Source of the DNA: Gekko japonicus
Lineage: Eukaryota
NCBI RefSeq assembly: GCF_001447785.1
Contig: NW_015159726.1
Coordinates: forward strand, 769,988 to 833,987
Length of the DNA stretch: 64,000 nt
Reading direction: 5' to 3'
In this document: positions 28,901-40,275 of the stretch, piece after piece
Layout: each line of letters begins with the position of its first letter
How positions within the stretch are numbered: position 1 is the stretch's first letter
Program-made: the position numbers and the translations under genes
The notes under the pieces: generated by a model
The model's database searches: none
Seen by the model: the letters and a program-made list of their open reading frames with translations, nothing else
Told to the model about the DNA's origin: nothing

Positions 28901-31900
28901 GAGTTTTATAAAGCGAGAGGACTCTCCAACAGTGCAGTCCTGTGCAGAGTTTTACTGCAGTCTAAGCCCACTGGTTTCAGTGGATTTAGACTGGAGTAAT
29001 TTTGTCTAGAATGGATGGCATTGCAAGTTTTCTAGGCTTCCATTTGAACACTGAGACAAGAAAGTGGCATAACGGAACATGCTAAAAAGTATACATTTTT
29101 CTTTAAGATCTTCCTTGGCTTTGTATACCAAGCTGTTTGGGGGCTAATAACCCCCAAAGAAATCTCTCTTTTCTAATTTAGAGCAGTGCTTGCCTTCAGA
29201 GAAGAGTGAGACAAAACGTCACCTAGCATGTAGAGTTACATTGCAGTCTCTCTCCCCACCCCTTTAGGAATGAAAAGATACATATATATATATATAGTGT
29301 CTCAGACTAATATGGATACAGGGTTGGATCCAGCCAGCTTTCCAGTTACAAAGGGAAGGAAGGATGGTTCCTTTTGACCACCAAAAAAGGCTATGCTAGG
29401 GATTCTGGGACCTGTATTGACAAAAGCCATGTGGAACGGGGGCTGTAGTAAGGAGGGGAATTCAGCAAGATAGAACAGAAGTTTGGTTGGATCCAACCCC
29501 ATGGTTTTATAACCTTGACTTTTTTGTTTTCCTTTAGCAAAAAATGGACCTATATATGATGCAGTGTGGAATCCCAGTTCCACGGAGTTCTGTGTCGTAC
29601 ATGGTTTTATGCCCGCCAAAGCAACTATCTTCAACCTAAAATGCGATCCTGTTTTTGACTTTGGAACTGGTCCTCACAACGCTGCCTACTACAGCCCGCA
29701 AGGACATATCTTAGTACTCGCTGGATTTGGAAATCTCAGTGGACAACTGGATGTGTGGGATGTTAAAAACTACAAACTGATTTCCAAACCTCAAGCCTCA
29801 GATTCCACATATTTTGCATGGTGCCCTGATGGAGAGCACATTGTAACTGCTACGTGTTCTCCTCGGCTGCGAGTTGGGAATGGGTATAAGATCTGGCATT
29901 ACACCGGGTCAGTCCTCTACAAATATGAAGTCCCGCCAAATGCAGAGCTCTGGCAAGTTGCCTGGCAGCCCTGTTTGGAGGGAACATTTCCAGTAAAGGC
30001 AGTCAAGTACAACACCGTTCCAAGCAAAGTGCCGAATGATGAGCCAAAGGCAGCCCAAGCTTATAGGCCCCCAGCTTTGAGGAACAAACCTGACACGAGT
30101 TCTAAACTTGTAAGTAGCAGTCGTTTCCATTGTAGGATATGTTATTACAAACTGTTGTCTCAGTTTTGGGAAAGGGTAAAGGAGAAAGTACTGGATCTGT
30201 TTTTCATATCAGCCTTATGGAGAATAGCAAACTAATTTTAAATTTTCACCTGTTTTATATTCTTTTCAGACCATGCATTAAAAACAGAGTTTTCTTTTCC
30301 TTTCCCTCTCTTCCCCACAGCTGCATTTTTGACACAAAGACGTTTGGGTACCTGAAAAATCTGATATGTCATTTAACATAATGAACACGTGCATAAGGTT
30401 GACATATGGAATGCAGCTAGTGGGCTAATTTTTCTACTTGTTTAGCTGTTAGCCTCATCTCTTGGGATGAGGCAAGTTGCAAACCTTCATTTAAAACAAA
30501 GCAAAACATGCTGGCAATATAAGAGGGCTTGCTAGCTGAGTATCAGAACAAAAAAAAATTCTGTCACCTACTGTCACTGAACAATAAGAGTCATAGGGTT
30601 GGATCCCGGCTAAACTGGCATTTCTACTGATACCCCCTCCCACTGCAGACTTCCTGGTGGGTATCCTTCTCCCCAGGGAGCAGCATTTTGTGGTGATCAT
30701 TGGATTGTAGTAGGAGTTGGGGAGGCAATAAAGCTCTCTTCTGCAGATGAAAAATTTAGTCTGGATCCAGCCTGTAGCTTGGACTCTCTCACTCGCTCTC
30801 TCAAATCTAGGTTACCGTTTCTCTGTATTTTGAGAATGAGCCAGGGGGAGCAATGCCCACTAACTGACCACCACCACCCCCCCCGGATATTTTGAAATTG
30901 TTCTATGATGATTTCCGTACTTCTGCTGACTCTTCTGTCCCTCTTCATCTCTATGTCCATTCTCCACCTTCATATTTCATGGGAACCTGTTCCATGATTA
31001 AGTGGGGCATACCTGTTGTTCTGCAGAACAGGAATGGGTCACAGGAGAGATGCCCAATATCACAAGAGAATTCTTGTGATGAACTCTTTTCTCCTGAGGA
31101 TTATACAGTTATGCACCTGTCCCTGATGAGTTCGGTCTGAAAGATGATGTCTTAAAGTGGAAAAGACGCTCCCCCCCCCCCTTACTAATAACACCTTAAA
31201 GACCTGAGACATGCAACCAAAAGAAGAGTTAAACCGTGTTGATAGAAGGCTTGATCACAAGTTACGTTTTATTCCTTGGTTATGGTTCTAAGAGCTAATC
31301 ACGCAAATTATTGGTTACAAAGAGCTGCAAGCCTACCTATAAACAGTATTAACAGGAGACTGCCATGGGAAGCATAAAATATAGAATGGGGTATCAGTCA
31401 TAGTCAAACATATTTTGAGAGGTTCTTTTAACTATTTAAGGTACAGTGCATCAAAAGAAAGCCATAGGAACATGCATGCAGACTTACAAGCATATGCTGC
31501 TTCTCCCATGGGGTGCCCTGACTGCAGTGCAGCATGTTGAGTATTGGACCCCAGAGTCCTCGGTTGATCTGTTAGGTTTCTGCCTGTCGACACCATCACT
31601 GAAGTCCTTCCAGAAGAAAATATAATGTCCCTGTGCTACTTCTAGTACAGTATGGGATAAATGACGCCTACCTAGGCATAAATACAGAATGAGAAAGCTT
31701 GCAGATACAATGCAAAAGCAGACACTTGGAGGTTACAAAGTTGCTGAGGCCGAATCTCAGCTGCAGTAACGGGAGTGGTTCTTTATACCCTTCTGTTGTG
31801 CAATGCTGTGTTTCCCCCCCTTATGTGTTGTTCTGGCTAACTTAGTCTCTGATAGTCGTATCTTGCACAGCCGCATCCCTAATTGCAGGGCTGTTTTTCC

Positions 31901-34900
31901 TTTCCTTCATTTCCACAAAACGAGGCCCAGCTACTCTGAACTTTAGCTCCACTTTGAGTTGCTGACATGGTCTTGAATGGCAGTTGAAGATGGGAAGGAG
32001 CTGCAGGTGGGAGAATCCCATCTCTTAACCATGATTAAAAGAGAGCCACCATTGCATCTCCGATGGCCCTTTATGTGTGGTGGCTCTCATTTCAGATATT
32101 TGTTTCGTAGTCTTCAAAAGCACATTTGTAAGTCAAGCCCTTTGTTTTCTCCCCGTTTTTTCTTCTAAAAAAATGTAATTGTGAGACTACAGTACCAAAA
32201 GAAGTGTTGTCTTCTCCCATGCAATTGGGTCATTGCTGGTGTCTTACTCTTCACTAACCATGCTTAAGTGGAGTTAATAAAAGAGAGTCATTATGTAAGA
32301 TGGCTGATGCAATTGCAGCCTCTGTCTCTGTGACTGGAAAACAAAATCAGATTTGCAGACAAAAAACATTGAAAACTTCAAATCTTCAATCTGTGTCACA
32401 TGCAAATGTTAAGTCTCTAACAACTTGGTACAGTAGGGGATTTTGTCTACAAAGGATTCCGAAAATTAATAGGTATGATGAAAAAAAAGCTGCTTGTTCT
32501 TTTTATGAGTTTTCATATCAAAAGCTTTTTAAAAAATCTTTCAGCATTCTTTTAGTCTTCCCATGTGGCATTTGACTACATAGTGTTCTGCCACAATGTA
32601 GCCCTTATTGCAAAGCTGAGCTTAAGCCAGACTGATATTGAATATAGTAGTGGATGTGGAATGGGCAGCACCTAAAATGAAATTAAGGAAAAGAACATCA
32701 TGGGAAGAGGCTGGTTTCCCATGCTTTCTTTAGTCTTAGGGCTGCTTCACAAATTAAAGATTCTTTACCCAAAAGTGACATCCATGCAGGGAGTACTAGA
32801 AAACCTGCATTTCACATAGATCAGATACGGCCACCTGGTGGCTTGTGAGTGGGATCAGACTCCCAAAGCAATTTTAGCTGCCTGCTGGCAACTCAACCAA
32901 GTTTTAATCAAGGTATGCTAAAAATAAACAAACTACCATTTTCACAAGCAGCAAGAAAGAGAGATTTCACATTTGAAAGCTGCATCTCTCTGTAGGTTTC
33001 ATCTGTGATGCCTGAGGCATGCTCGGACATGTGCCTTGTAAATGTGAAGCCCTTAACTGCTTGGAAGTGGTTTTTATTAGAGTTTTACCACCTGTGAAGT
33101 GGCTGCTTTATGTGCCAAAATATGCATCCCAACACCCAGGTTGCTGGCTAAAGGCTAGCATGTCCTTCCGGAATAGAGAAGTTGGCCAATTTTGATATGG
33201 ATCATCACGTGTGATGTATAGTTATGCTACCCTGGGTGACAAGGTACATGGGTTTTACACCATTTCTTAACATCAGTGAAAGTTCTCTTCTGTATAGAAA
33301 TTGTATAATGTATGGCTTGAACCTAAGTAATGATAAGAAAAATAGCACAAGCTGCTTTTTTGTCACATTTTTTATTGTGAAGTATGATCATGCTTTTTAG
33401 TAACACTTCCTCTCTCTGCTTCCTTTTAGCATGAGAATGAGCTACCACAGAACATGAGGCCACAGTCAAAAGGTAGTGATAAGCCATTATCTAAAACAGC
33501 GCTCAAGAATCAAAGGAAGCATGAGGCAAAGAAAGTTGCTAAACAGGTACAGCTGGTGCTTAATCCTCTTAGGGACAATGTTGCCTTGTGTTTGTCAACT
33601 TGTTTACTGGGATGCTGCACAGAATTTTCACGTATTCATGAACAAAAGTTGCAGATTTATGAGATTATGGAGGGTTTGTCTGAGTCAAAACAAAATCATT
33701 GTTTTGGCTGATTTAATAGAATGTAGCAGATTCTGTTCAAGCATTGAGCAAGTTTACATGATAGATTTTTATCATGGCCAGCAACACAGGGTGGCATATG
33801 TGGTTCCTCTCCCCTTTGATCCTCACAACAGGTCTGTAAAATAGGTGAGGCGGAGAGATACTACCTACCTGAAGATCACCCCAAGTACATCATGGTAGAA
33901 TTGGGATCTGTACCCACTCAAATCATTATACTTAACTGTCTCATCCTACTCAGCTTTGAGGGGAATCAAATAAGTATTCTGGGAAATACAAATCCACAAA
34001 ACCACATTCTAAGTTAGGGGTGAGCATGTGTAAAGAAGATGTACAGCATTTTAGAAGAGTATGCGTATGACTTCATTAAATTTGCAAAACGCAGAATGAT
34101 TGCAGAAAAAATTCAAGGAATAAAACACTCTGCTCTTAAATACAGAGCAAATCAGGATTAAAGGGGGAATGTAACATCATTGGGAGGGGGAGTTTGCCAT
34201 ATTTTAAAAAACAAAATCTGTTATAATAGTCGACCATGATGCTGAGCTGAAAAATGATTCATTTTCCTATTTAAAGGAAGCTAGAGCTGAAGGGAACCAA
34301 GAAATTGCTCCAGGCTCACCTGTGCTGAATGAAGTTCACACTGTGGTACCCTCCGTAACATCAGGAGATCCTGAAGTAGACAAGAAGATAAAGAATCTAA
34401 AAAAGGTAGGGAGGTTCTCCACTGAAAAAGTTTGCTTGTTCTGATGGTCCTTTGCTGCTTCATGACAGCCCTGTGGCTTGTGGGATCTTGTGGAATGGTA
34501 GCCATTTAAAATGTGTTCTCTGCTTCTAAACTTACTGTCCTTTACCTGGACCTCTGGGTACGTTGTGAATTTTCAGGAAGGACAGCAGGTGCTACCACAA
34601 AATGGTTGCCATGGAGGGCAAGAAAAGCATTTGGAGATTCCAAGCTAAGCATTCTCTTTCAGAAGTCACAGTCTTCTCTACTGCAACAAAACAGACAAGA
34701 TAAGCATCCACCGGGCAATTGAGTCCCAAGTGGCTTTGGCAGCCTCCCACCTGTCCTGCCGTGTAGTCAATGGAGTAATGCTGGCAAGAAGGTGCTAGAA
34801 CTTTAAATAAGGGATGCTTTTACCCAAGCCTTGCAGTCCTTACAGTAGTCTGACCAGACTACATGAGATATGGGAAGTCTCATGAGCAGTCTCTTAGCCT

Positions 34901-37575
34901 TTAAAGAAAACAAAAACAAAATGCAGCCATGTGGATCTGCAAACTTGATTATCATGCAAAAGAGGTGCATAACCACAGAATCATAGAGTTAGAAGGCCAT
35001 CTAGTCCAACCCCTTCTCAATGAGGATCAGCCTCGAGCATCCCTGACAAGCATTTGTCCAGCCGCTGCTTAAAGACTGCCAGTGAGGGGGAGATCACCCT
35101 CCCCCAGGCAGCTAATTCCACTGTTGAACAATTCTTTACTTTTAAAAAGCTTTTCCTAATATCCAGCTGGTACCTTCCCGCCCTTAATTTAGACCCATTA
35201 TTGAGAGCCCTATCCTGTGCTGCCAACAGGAACAGCTCCCTGCCCTTTCAAATACTTAGAGAGAGCAGTCATGTCCACCCTCAGCTTCCTCTTCTCTAGA
35301 CTGAACATTCCCAAGTCCCTTGGCCTTTCCGCATAGGGCTTGGTCTCCAGGCCCCAGATCATCCTCGTCGCTCTCCTTGCACCCGCTCCATTCTGTCCAA
35401 TTTCTGCCTACTGGCCACTTCTTCAATTGGATGTGCACTCAGCTACTTTTCTCATATTGGTAAAGATCTAGGGACCTTGTATCTTCTCCTTTGTGGGTGG
35501 GAAAGAAGCTGCAAGGATGATGTTGATTGGAAAACAGCCTGGGCAGAGGAGTTAAGCTTGCATACCTTCTGTTCACCACCACTATCTCCATCAGATTCAG
35601 AAGCCTCTGCTGCTGCTTTTCTCTTAGTTTTAATTTTCTTATCAGGAAATAATCGACAGGTAAATAACAGGTACACCCAGCATCAAGCTGTAAGCTTCCT
35701 CCCCCCCCCCCCCCACCCACCCGGGGCCTGGAACTTGGACCAGGAACGCCATGTCACATGGTGTGTAGAAAAATATTACTACAAAGGAAGGGACAACTTG
35801 CCATAGGCCAGGCAAAACATCTGGTCCTGTTCTCATTCTTTTCTCCCAGTGGTTCAGTATGGCAGAGGCAGTATTGGCAAGAAGCAGGTTTTTAATATTT
35901 ATCATGTTATTGGTTCTATGGGAGTTCAATAGCCATTGTACAAGAAAAAGTGACATTAATCTTATTTGAATGACTTTTTAAAAACTGGGGTCTAAACCAG
36001 AACTGAAGTATAAAATGAAAGGAAAAGATGAACCAGAGTTGAAGTGAACTGAATAATGTTGGCCCACATACCCCCTCCCCAGCTTGCTGATCTGTGGAGT
36101 GGGGCCCACAGCTTGAGGTTGGGTAGGAGCATAAGGGCATCACACAAGAATCCTTGGGGAGTGTCCTTAGAGAGCACGCTTGCTTTTTTTTACACCATGG
36201 AAAGCTTTTAAAACTTGCTGCTGCCTCTTTGTCTTGAACATGTTTGTCTTCCCCACAGAAACTAAAAGCAATTGAGCAGCTGAAAGATCAAGCAGCCACA
36301 GGCAAACAACTAGAGAAAAACCAGGTATGCCCACTAGGTTACATTAACATCAGGTTACATTAACCTGGATTACACTAGTAGATAGTTTTTTAAAGATCAT
36401 ACATTTACCCATTAGAACAGGGGTGTCAAACTCATTTGTTATGAGGGCCGGATCTGACATAAATGTCACTCTGTCAGGCCGGGCCATGTGTGCCATAAAA
36501 TGTAATGCCAGGTACTGGAGATATAAACTTTATAAAGGACACAGGCAAACCCAATTAACAATCAAAAGCAATTGATTCCTAGCAGTGAAAGTAATTGATT
36601 TATGGGTGTCAGGCTCCGTCTGTGGCCCGGGAGCTGACCTGGCCGTGGCGTCTGGCTCCCACCAGGGCAGACGGTCCTGGGAGTTGGAGGAAGTTGTTAA
36701 GGAGGAGTTTGCCGTGGGGCTTCAGGCAGGGGATGGTTTAGTCCCTCTGCCGGCGTGCGCAGGACACCTCTTGCTCCCCCCCCTCGGCTCTCCGTTTCTC
36801 TCACCTCCATTCTGTTGCACGTTTCTCCTCCCTGGCCCCTCTGCATCTCTCTCCTTTTATTCCCTCTTCTCCACTCCCAGCACTGCCTGTGTTTCCCGCC
36901 CCCTCTACTCCTAATCTGGCCCCGCCCCCGGTGATAAGAACAGACACCGTCTGGGCTCCTCACCGTGTCCACCCTTAGCTCTCCCTCTGTGACGTCCGCG
37001 CCGCTGCTTGCTGGGGCGGGGTTCCAGGGTGCACACTCCAGGGGCCGTGCTCTGCCGACGCTACTGCAACTCTCTGGGTCGCCAAAGGTTGTCTTTGGCG
37101 TCGTGGTTACCATGGTCTTTGGCCACCGGTTGCCATGGCGTCATGGTTGCTCCGCTCATCTGCTGGTTCCCGGGTGAGTTGGGCGGTTGGGGTGTCTCGG
37201 GGGGGTGGGGTATACATCCTGCGGCCACCAGATCAGGACAGTGGTGGAGCCCACAAAAGCCTCAATAAATGTATTTAATCATATGCAAACTAGGGTTTTT
37301 CCAAGGGATACCATAAAAGGGGGAGAACCTTATATTTCCATACATACCAGTTGCTTGTGGGCGGGTAAGGGCCCTGGATGGGCTGGTTCTGGCCCCTGGG
37401 CCTTATGTTTGACACCCCTGCATTAGAATGTTATTGCACTGTGCCCTTGGCTTAATTCTTTGTTATGTGCTATAAACATCTGACAGTGTCCTCTGTGTGT
37501 ATATTCTAGCTGGAGAAGATTCAGAAAGAAGCTGCCCTTCTGAAGGAGCTAGAAGATTTGGAGCTGGGCATTTAG
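13899..37575 (+). CDS. EIF2A: Eukaryotic translation initiation factor 2A, 14 coding exons, 1761 nt, 586 aa
   Basis: Exon lengths 28,70,75,119,100,83,74,145,117,572,117,129,66,66 sum to 1761 with GT-AG junctions and a continuous frame. Peptides include [58 protein letters not shown] and [11 protein letters not shown]. Confidence 0.97.
15106..15691. mobile_element. AT-rich non-autonomous hAT element
   Basis: TIR TAGAGATGTGAA / TTCACATCTCTA; TSD GTTAGAGG / GTTAGAGC; subterminal CCGGAAAA repeats. Confidence 0.85.
16699..16768 (+). CDS. EIF2A: EIF2A exon 2
   Basis: ctag|TG CGA GGA...CAA AG|gtatg; [23 protein letters not shown]. Confidence 0.95.
17480..18990. mobile_element. PIF/Harbinger-like MITE interrupted by a CR1 insertion
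   Basis: Imperfect TIR GGTCCCTGCCACACG / CGTGTGACCGGGGCC; 3-bp TSD TGA on both sides; CpG-rich arms. Confidence 0.65.
17673..18729 (+). mobile_element. Young 5'-truncated CR1-clade LINE with uninterrupted RT C-terminal ORF (17675-18523)
   Basis: [10 protein letters not shown] motif, [23 protein letters not shown]; 3' tail TCTTATGTTCTTATG. Confidence 0.95.
19776..19850 (+). CDS. EIF2A: EIF2A exon 3
   Basis: ttcag|G...GAA CA|gtcagt; [24 protein letters not shown]. Confidence 0.95.
20121..20436 (-). mobile_element. tRNA-derived Squam3-like SINE with (GGA)n/(GAA)n microsatellite tail
   Basis: Reverse complement of CAGTTTGGTGTAGTGGTTAAG...GGTTTGATTCCCCACTCC; tail at 20121-20167. Confidence 0.85.
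21236..21514 (+). mobile_element. Squam3-like SINE
   Basis: GGACTCCAATCTGGGAGAACCGG..TTGATTCCC...GGGTATAAATCCAATCTCTTCTCTTCTT. Confidence 0.85.
21690..21898 (-). mobile_element. 5S rRNA-derived SINE
   Basis: GGTCTCCCATCCAAGTACT...CCCTGCTTAGCTTC.GAGATC is the reverse complement of the 5S internal control region, joined to a non-5S body. Confidence 0.8.
22380..22498 (+). CDS. EIF2A: EIF2A exon 4
   Basis: ccag|A...ACA A|gtgagt; [39 protein letters not shown]. Confidence 0.95.
22947..23101. mobile_element. Palindromic hAT MITE (155 bp)
   Basis: 66-bp inverted arms (63/66 match) beginning TAGGGCTGCCAA; perfect 8-bp TSD CCTTTACA. Confidence 0.9.
23575..23674 (+). CDS. EIF2A: EIF2A exon 5
   Basis: gcag|CT...AAC TG|gtaagg; [32 protein letters not shown]. 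Confidence 0.95.
24153..24235 (+). CDS. EIF2A: EIF2A exon 6
   Basis: ttag|G...TTC A|gtacgc; [27 protein letters not shown]. Confidence 0.95.
25692..25765 (+). CDS. EIF2A: EIF2A exon 7
   Basis: gcag|GT...AAG|gtgcct; [24 protein letters not shown]. Confidence 0.93.
25871..26015 (+). CDS. EIF2A: EIF2A exon 8
   Basis: acag|GTG...AAC G|gtatta; [21 protein letters not shown]...[12 protein letters not shown]. Confidence 0.95.
26773..26889 (+). CDS. EIF2A: EIF2A exon 9
   Basis: atag|CC...CTA C|gtaagt; [38 protein letters not shown]. Confidence 0.95.
27590..28035 (-). mobile_element. CR1 LINE 3' fragment
   Basis: CTAGTCCAACCCCCTG...AAATACTT...CATGTCCCCCCTCAACCTCCTC; similar to 34975-35400. Confidence 0.8.
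28687..28890. mobile_element. hAT MITE, inverted relative to 9289-9491
   Basis: TIR CAATGTTCCCTCTAAG / CTTAGAGGGAACACTG. Confidence 0.85.
29320..29500. mobile_element. MITE with GGGTTGGATCC terminal inverted repeats (related copy about 30596-30775)
   Basis: GGGTTGGATCCAGCCA ... TGGTTGGATCCAACCC. Confidence 0.6.
29538..30109 (+). CDS. EIF2A: EIF2A exon 10
   Basis: ttag|CA AAA AAT GGA...AAA CTT|gtaagt; [12 protein letters not shown]...[16 protein letters not shown]. Confidence 0.97.
33430..33546 (+). CDS. EIF2A: EIF2A exon 11
   Basis: ttag|CAT...CAG|gtac; [39 protein letters not shown]. Confidence 0.95.
34277..34405 (+). CDS. EIF2A: EIF2A exon 12
   Basis: aaag|GAA...AAG|gtagg; EARAEG...[16 protein letters not shown]. 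Confidence 0.93.
34975..35400 (-). mobile_element. CR1 LINE 3' fragment
   Basis: AGAATCATAGAG..CATCTAGTCCAACCC; minus-strand ORF remnant RYQLDIRK...VFKQRLD. Confidence 0.85.
36259..36324 (+). CDS. EIF2A: EIF2A exon 13
   Basis: acag|AAA...CAG|gtatg; [22 protein letters not shown]. Confidence 0.95.
36418..37420. mobile_element. hAT (Charlie-like) non-autonomous element with GC-rich internal insert
   Basis: TIR CAGGGGTGTCAAAC / GTTTGACACCCCTG; perfect TSD CATTAGAA. Confidence 0.9.
37510..37575 (+). CDS. EIF2A: EIF2A exon 14 (terminal coding)
   Basis: ctag|CTG...ATT TAG; [21 protein letters not shown]; AATAAA signals follow at 37631, ~37785 and ~37862. Confidence 0.95.
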   Translation: MEKIQKEAALLKELEDLELGI

Positions 37576-39328
37576 AGCTTTATGGAAAACAAATCTTACG
37601 GTTTTGTCCTGAAACCTAATTTGATTTAATAATAAATGACTAAAATGCACACTTTAAATATTTGCTACATTTTCTCTCCCTGCCTCTACTATCTGAACCC
37701 AGGTACAATTTTGAATACAAATATTGTAATTTGGAACTATACACACATTTGCTATGTTTCAAAACAGTATTGCCTAAATACCAAAATAAATCATGTCAGT
37801 TTCTTATTAATCTTTTGCAAGAATTCACTTTCACCTACACATGAGATATTAAGGTGTTAAAAATAAAATGTTAAAAACGGTGAAGTCCTATGCAGGGTGA
37901 CTCCAAAGTAACTCTGCATGGGATTGCATTGCAATTTTCTGGTTAAGTGGTGCAAACATTGAAAGTAAATGAGCATCTAGGGGAAAAGATAGAAACCAAT
38001 TGCTTATCAAGTGCAAAAGTTCTAGAGTTTGTGAAGTATCAGTTACAATGTGTACTCTGGCCCATCATGTATAGATTGTTCTGAATGGAATGCCATTGAG
38101 GCTCTTGGCCAGGATCAGGAGAGCTGCTGAAGGCCGGGGGAATGCCCTGTAGAATATTTGAATTGTTTCCTTGGAGTGCCATATTACAAACTGCTTAGGA
38201 AGCTCTTCTTGGCATCAGAAGAAGTTTGGTAGGGGAGCTGGGTGTCCAAGAAACAAGTCCAAATTTCCTTTGTATGTACATAATTAGACATGCAGTTCTT
38301 TGGATCCAGATTATTGGATTTGATTAGGTCTAGGGCTGGAAGGAGTAGATTCGACTTACATACAGCCCTAAAACAGATATAGAACACTGATAATTCTGTT
38401 GTTCAAATTTGCAGAACAGGAAAAATGATGCATGTCAAAATGCATTTTGTGTTTTGATTCCAGTTTTTCAGAATTTGTATTTTTTGAAAAAAAGACAAAA
38501 GGAATAATGGAAAAGGAATGATCAGATACATGAACTTGTTGGGGACAGTGGCTGTGGAGAGGTTACACGTGGGTGGATGGGCCCTGTCTTGCTGGGATCA
38601 GAAAGCTTAAGGCAATAAACATGCGTGAACATTTTCATGTTCTTTGTGCTAAAATGTTTTTCGTGAGTGTTAGAAACATGCTTTATTTCTGAAGACACTG
38701 GAGTTTCTTGGGCTCTCCAAGCTAAATGAGACTCAAGCGTCAGGGCTCCACCATGTGTAGTTTCTGGGCTTTGGGTGGCATTTCATAGCTCAAACAGGCT
38801 CAGACATTGGTATAGTACACAACAGCCTATATTGCAGTTGAATACAATTAACTCTGAAATAAATGTAGATACTACAGACATGGCCTTAATATGATTTACC
38901 TTATTTCCTTGCACCTACAAATTCATTCATTGAATGTTGCAAATAGTTCTGACAAATAAGCAGTGTCATGCATGATCTCTTTGAATGCATCACTGAACAA
39001 AGCATTCATGTCAAAACAGTGTCAAAGGTCATAAGTGCATCTCACATAGTTGCCTTTTGATAGCCAACAAATTCAGTATGAAACAGGAATAAAGAAGATG
39101 ATTTTAATGTACTGCCTCCTTTTAACACTTTTTACCCTTCCATTTTATCACTGCAATTCTAAAGAAAGTGAATATATTTTCTTTTTTAAAGTTTGCCTTA
39201 AAAATTATTTTTGATGAAATATACCCACATTTATCCTCAATATTTATATTTATTTACCATATTTTTTCTTATCATTACTGAATTTTAAACTTATTTATAC
39301 CCTACATTACCAAATATTATTTATACGC

Positions 39329-39441
39329 CTCAGTTACCAAAATTTTTCCTCCTACACCTTAATTTTTTTCTTAAAATAATTCTTTTTTCTCAGTTACCAA
39401 AATTTTTCCTCCTACACCTTAATTTTTTTCTTAAAATAATT
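39329..39441. repeat. Tandem duplication, 53-bp identical unit at 60-bp period
   Basis: CTCAGTTACCAAAATTTTTCCTCCTACACCTTAATTTTTTTCTTAAAATAATT at 39329 and 39389. Confidence 0.95.
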
Positions 39442-40210
39442 TTTTTCCTTTTTGAAAACAGTTACTGAGAAGTTTTAAACCCTTATGTAACCTAAGAATG
39501 TTAATATTGGGAGGGCTGTAACAAAAATAACAGAGGCAGCGCATTTCACAATCAACAGGTACAGTAACTGAGAATACAGGAAAATAAAATACCACGTTCA
39601 ATACTATTATTTCAATAGCTTACCAGCAAAAACTTGAAAAATGACAGACAAAAACACGTGCCGACAAGTTTCTCAAAATACAATATTCTGGTCTGACTAG
39701 AGCTCTAGTGGAATATTCACTAAGAATTCTGATAGTTTCCACCAGATTTCAGCAATATGCAGAGGAAGAAATTCGCAGTGTCATTTGCAAGCATGGTGCA
39801 GTAGCCTAGTCCATTGTAAATAACACAGTCGAAGGGACCCATCTCTAGTTCCTCCCGTACCCCAACCCCTTGCCTCTCAGTGCTCCCTTAGGTAACCCCC
39901 CACCGGGGGTACCACCCACTTTAGGAACAACTGCTGTTGCCCACAGGCTGAAAAACATTGGGAACCCTTGGTGTACATGACGTCGAATCACTTTTACTGC
40001 CTTGCTTTTGTATTATGCCGCATTTGCTTTAAAACAATGGACAGTTTTGTGCTCTGCTCTCACTGCAATAGGGAATGGGTGAGAGTTGTATAATTAGTAA
40101 AATAAATGAAGAACATTAATTTTATATGTACCTGGGGCTTTCTGAAGGTTTTAATTGTAACAGTTGTAATTTTATGAACCTGTAGACAGAAATCTAATGC
40201 CGCTATAAAA

Positions 40211-40275
40211 GACACCGTGTATTGATTCAGTCCTGGATTTTAATAAAATCCAGGAGTGAATCAATACCTGGTGTC
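40211..40275. repeat. Near-perfect palindrome (32-bp arms, 1-nt spacer)
   Basis: GACACCGTGTATTGATTCAGTCCTGGATTTTA A TAAAATCCAGGAGTGAATCAATACCTGGTGTC. Confidence 0.9.

Noticed and set aside
31180-31830. Possible LTR/ERV fragment in EIF2A intron 10
   Set aside because: Compositionally distinct, but no TG...CA boundaries, TSD or coding remnant could be fixed.
35452-35676. Antisense exon-like ORF ([25 protein letters not shown]) with a GT donor
   Set aside because: No convincing acceptor, partner exons or recognisable homology.
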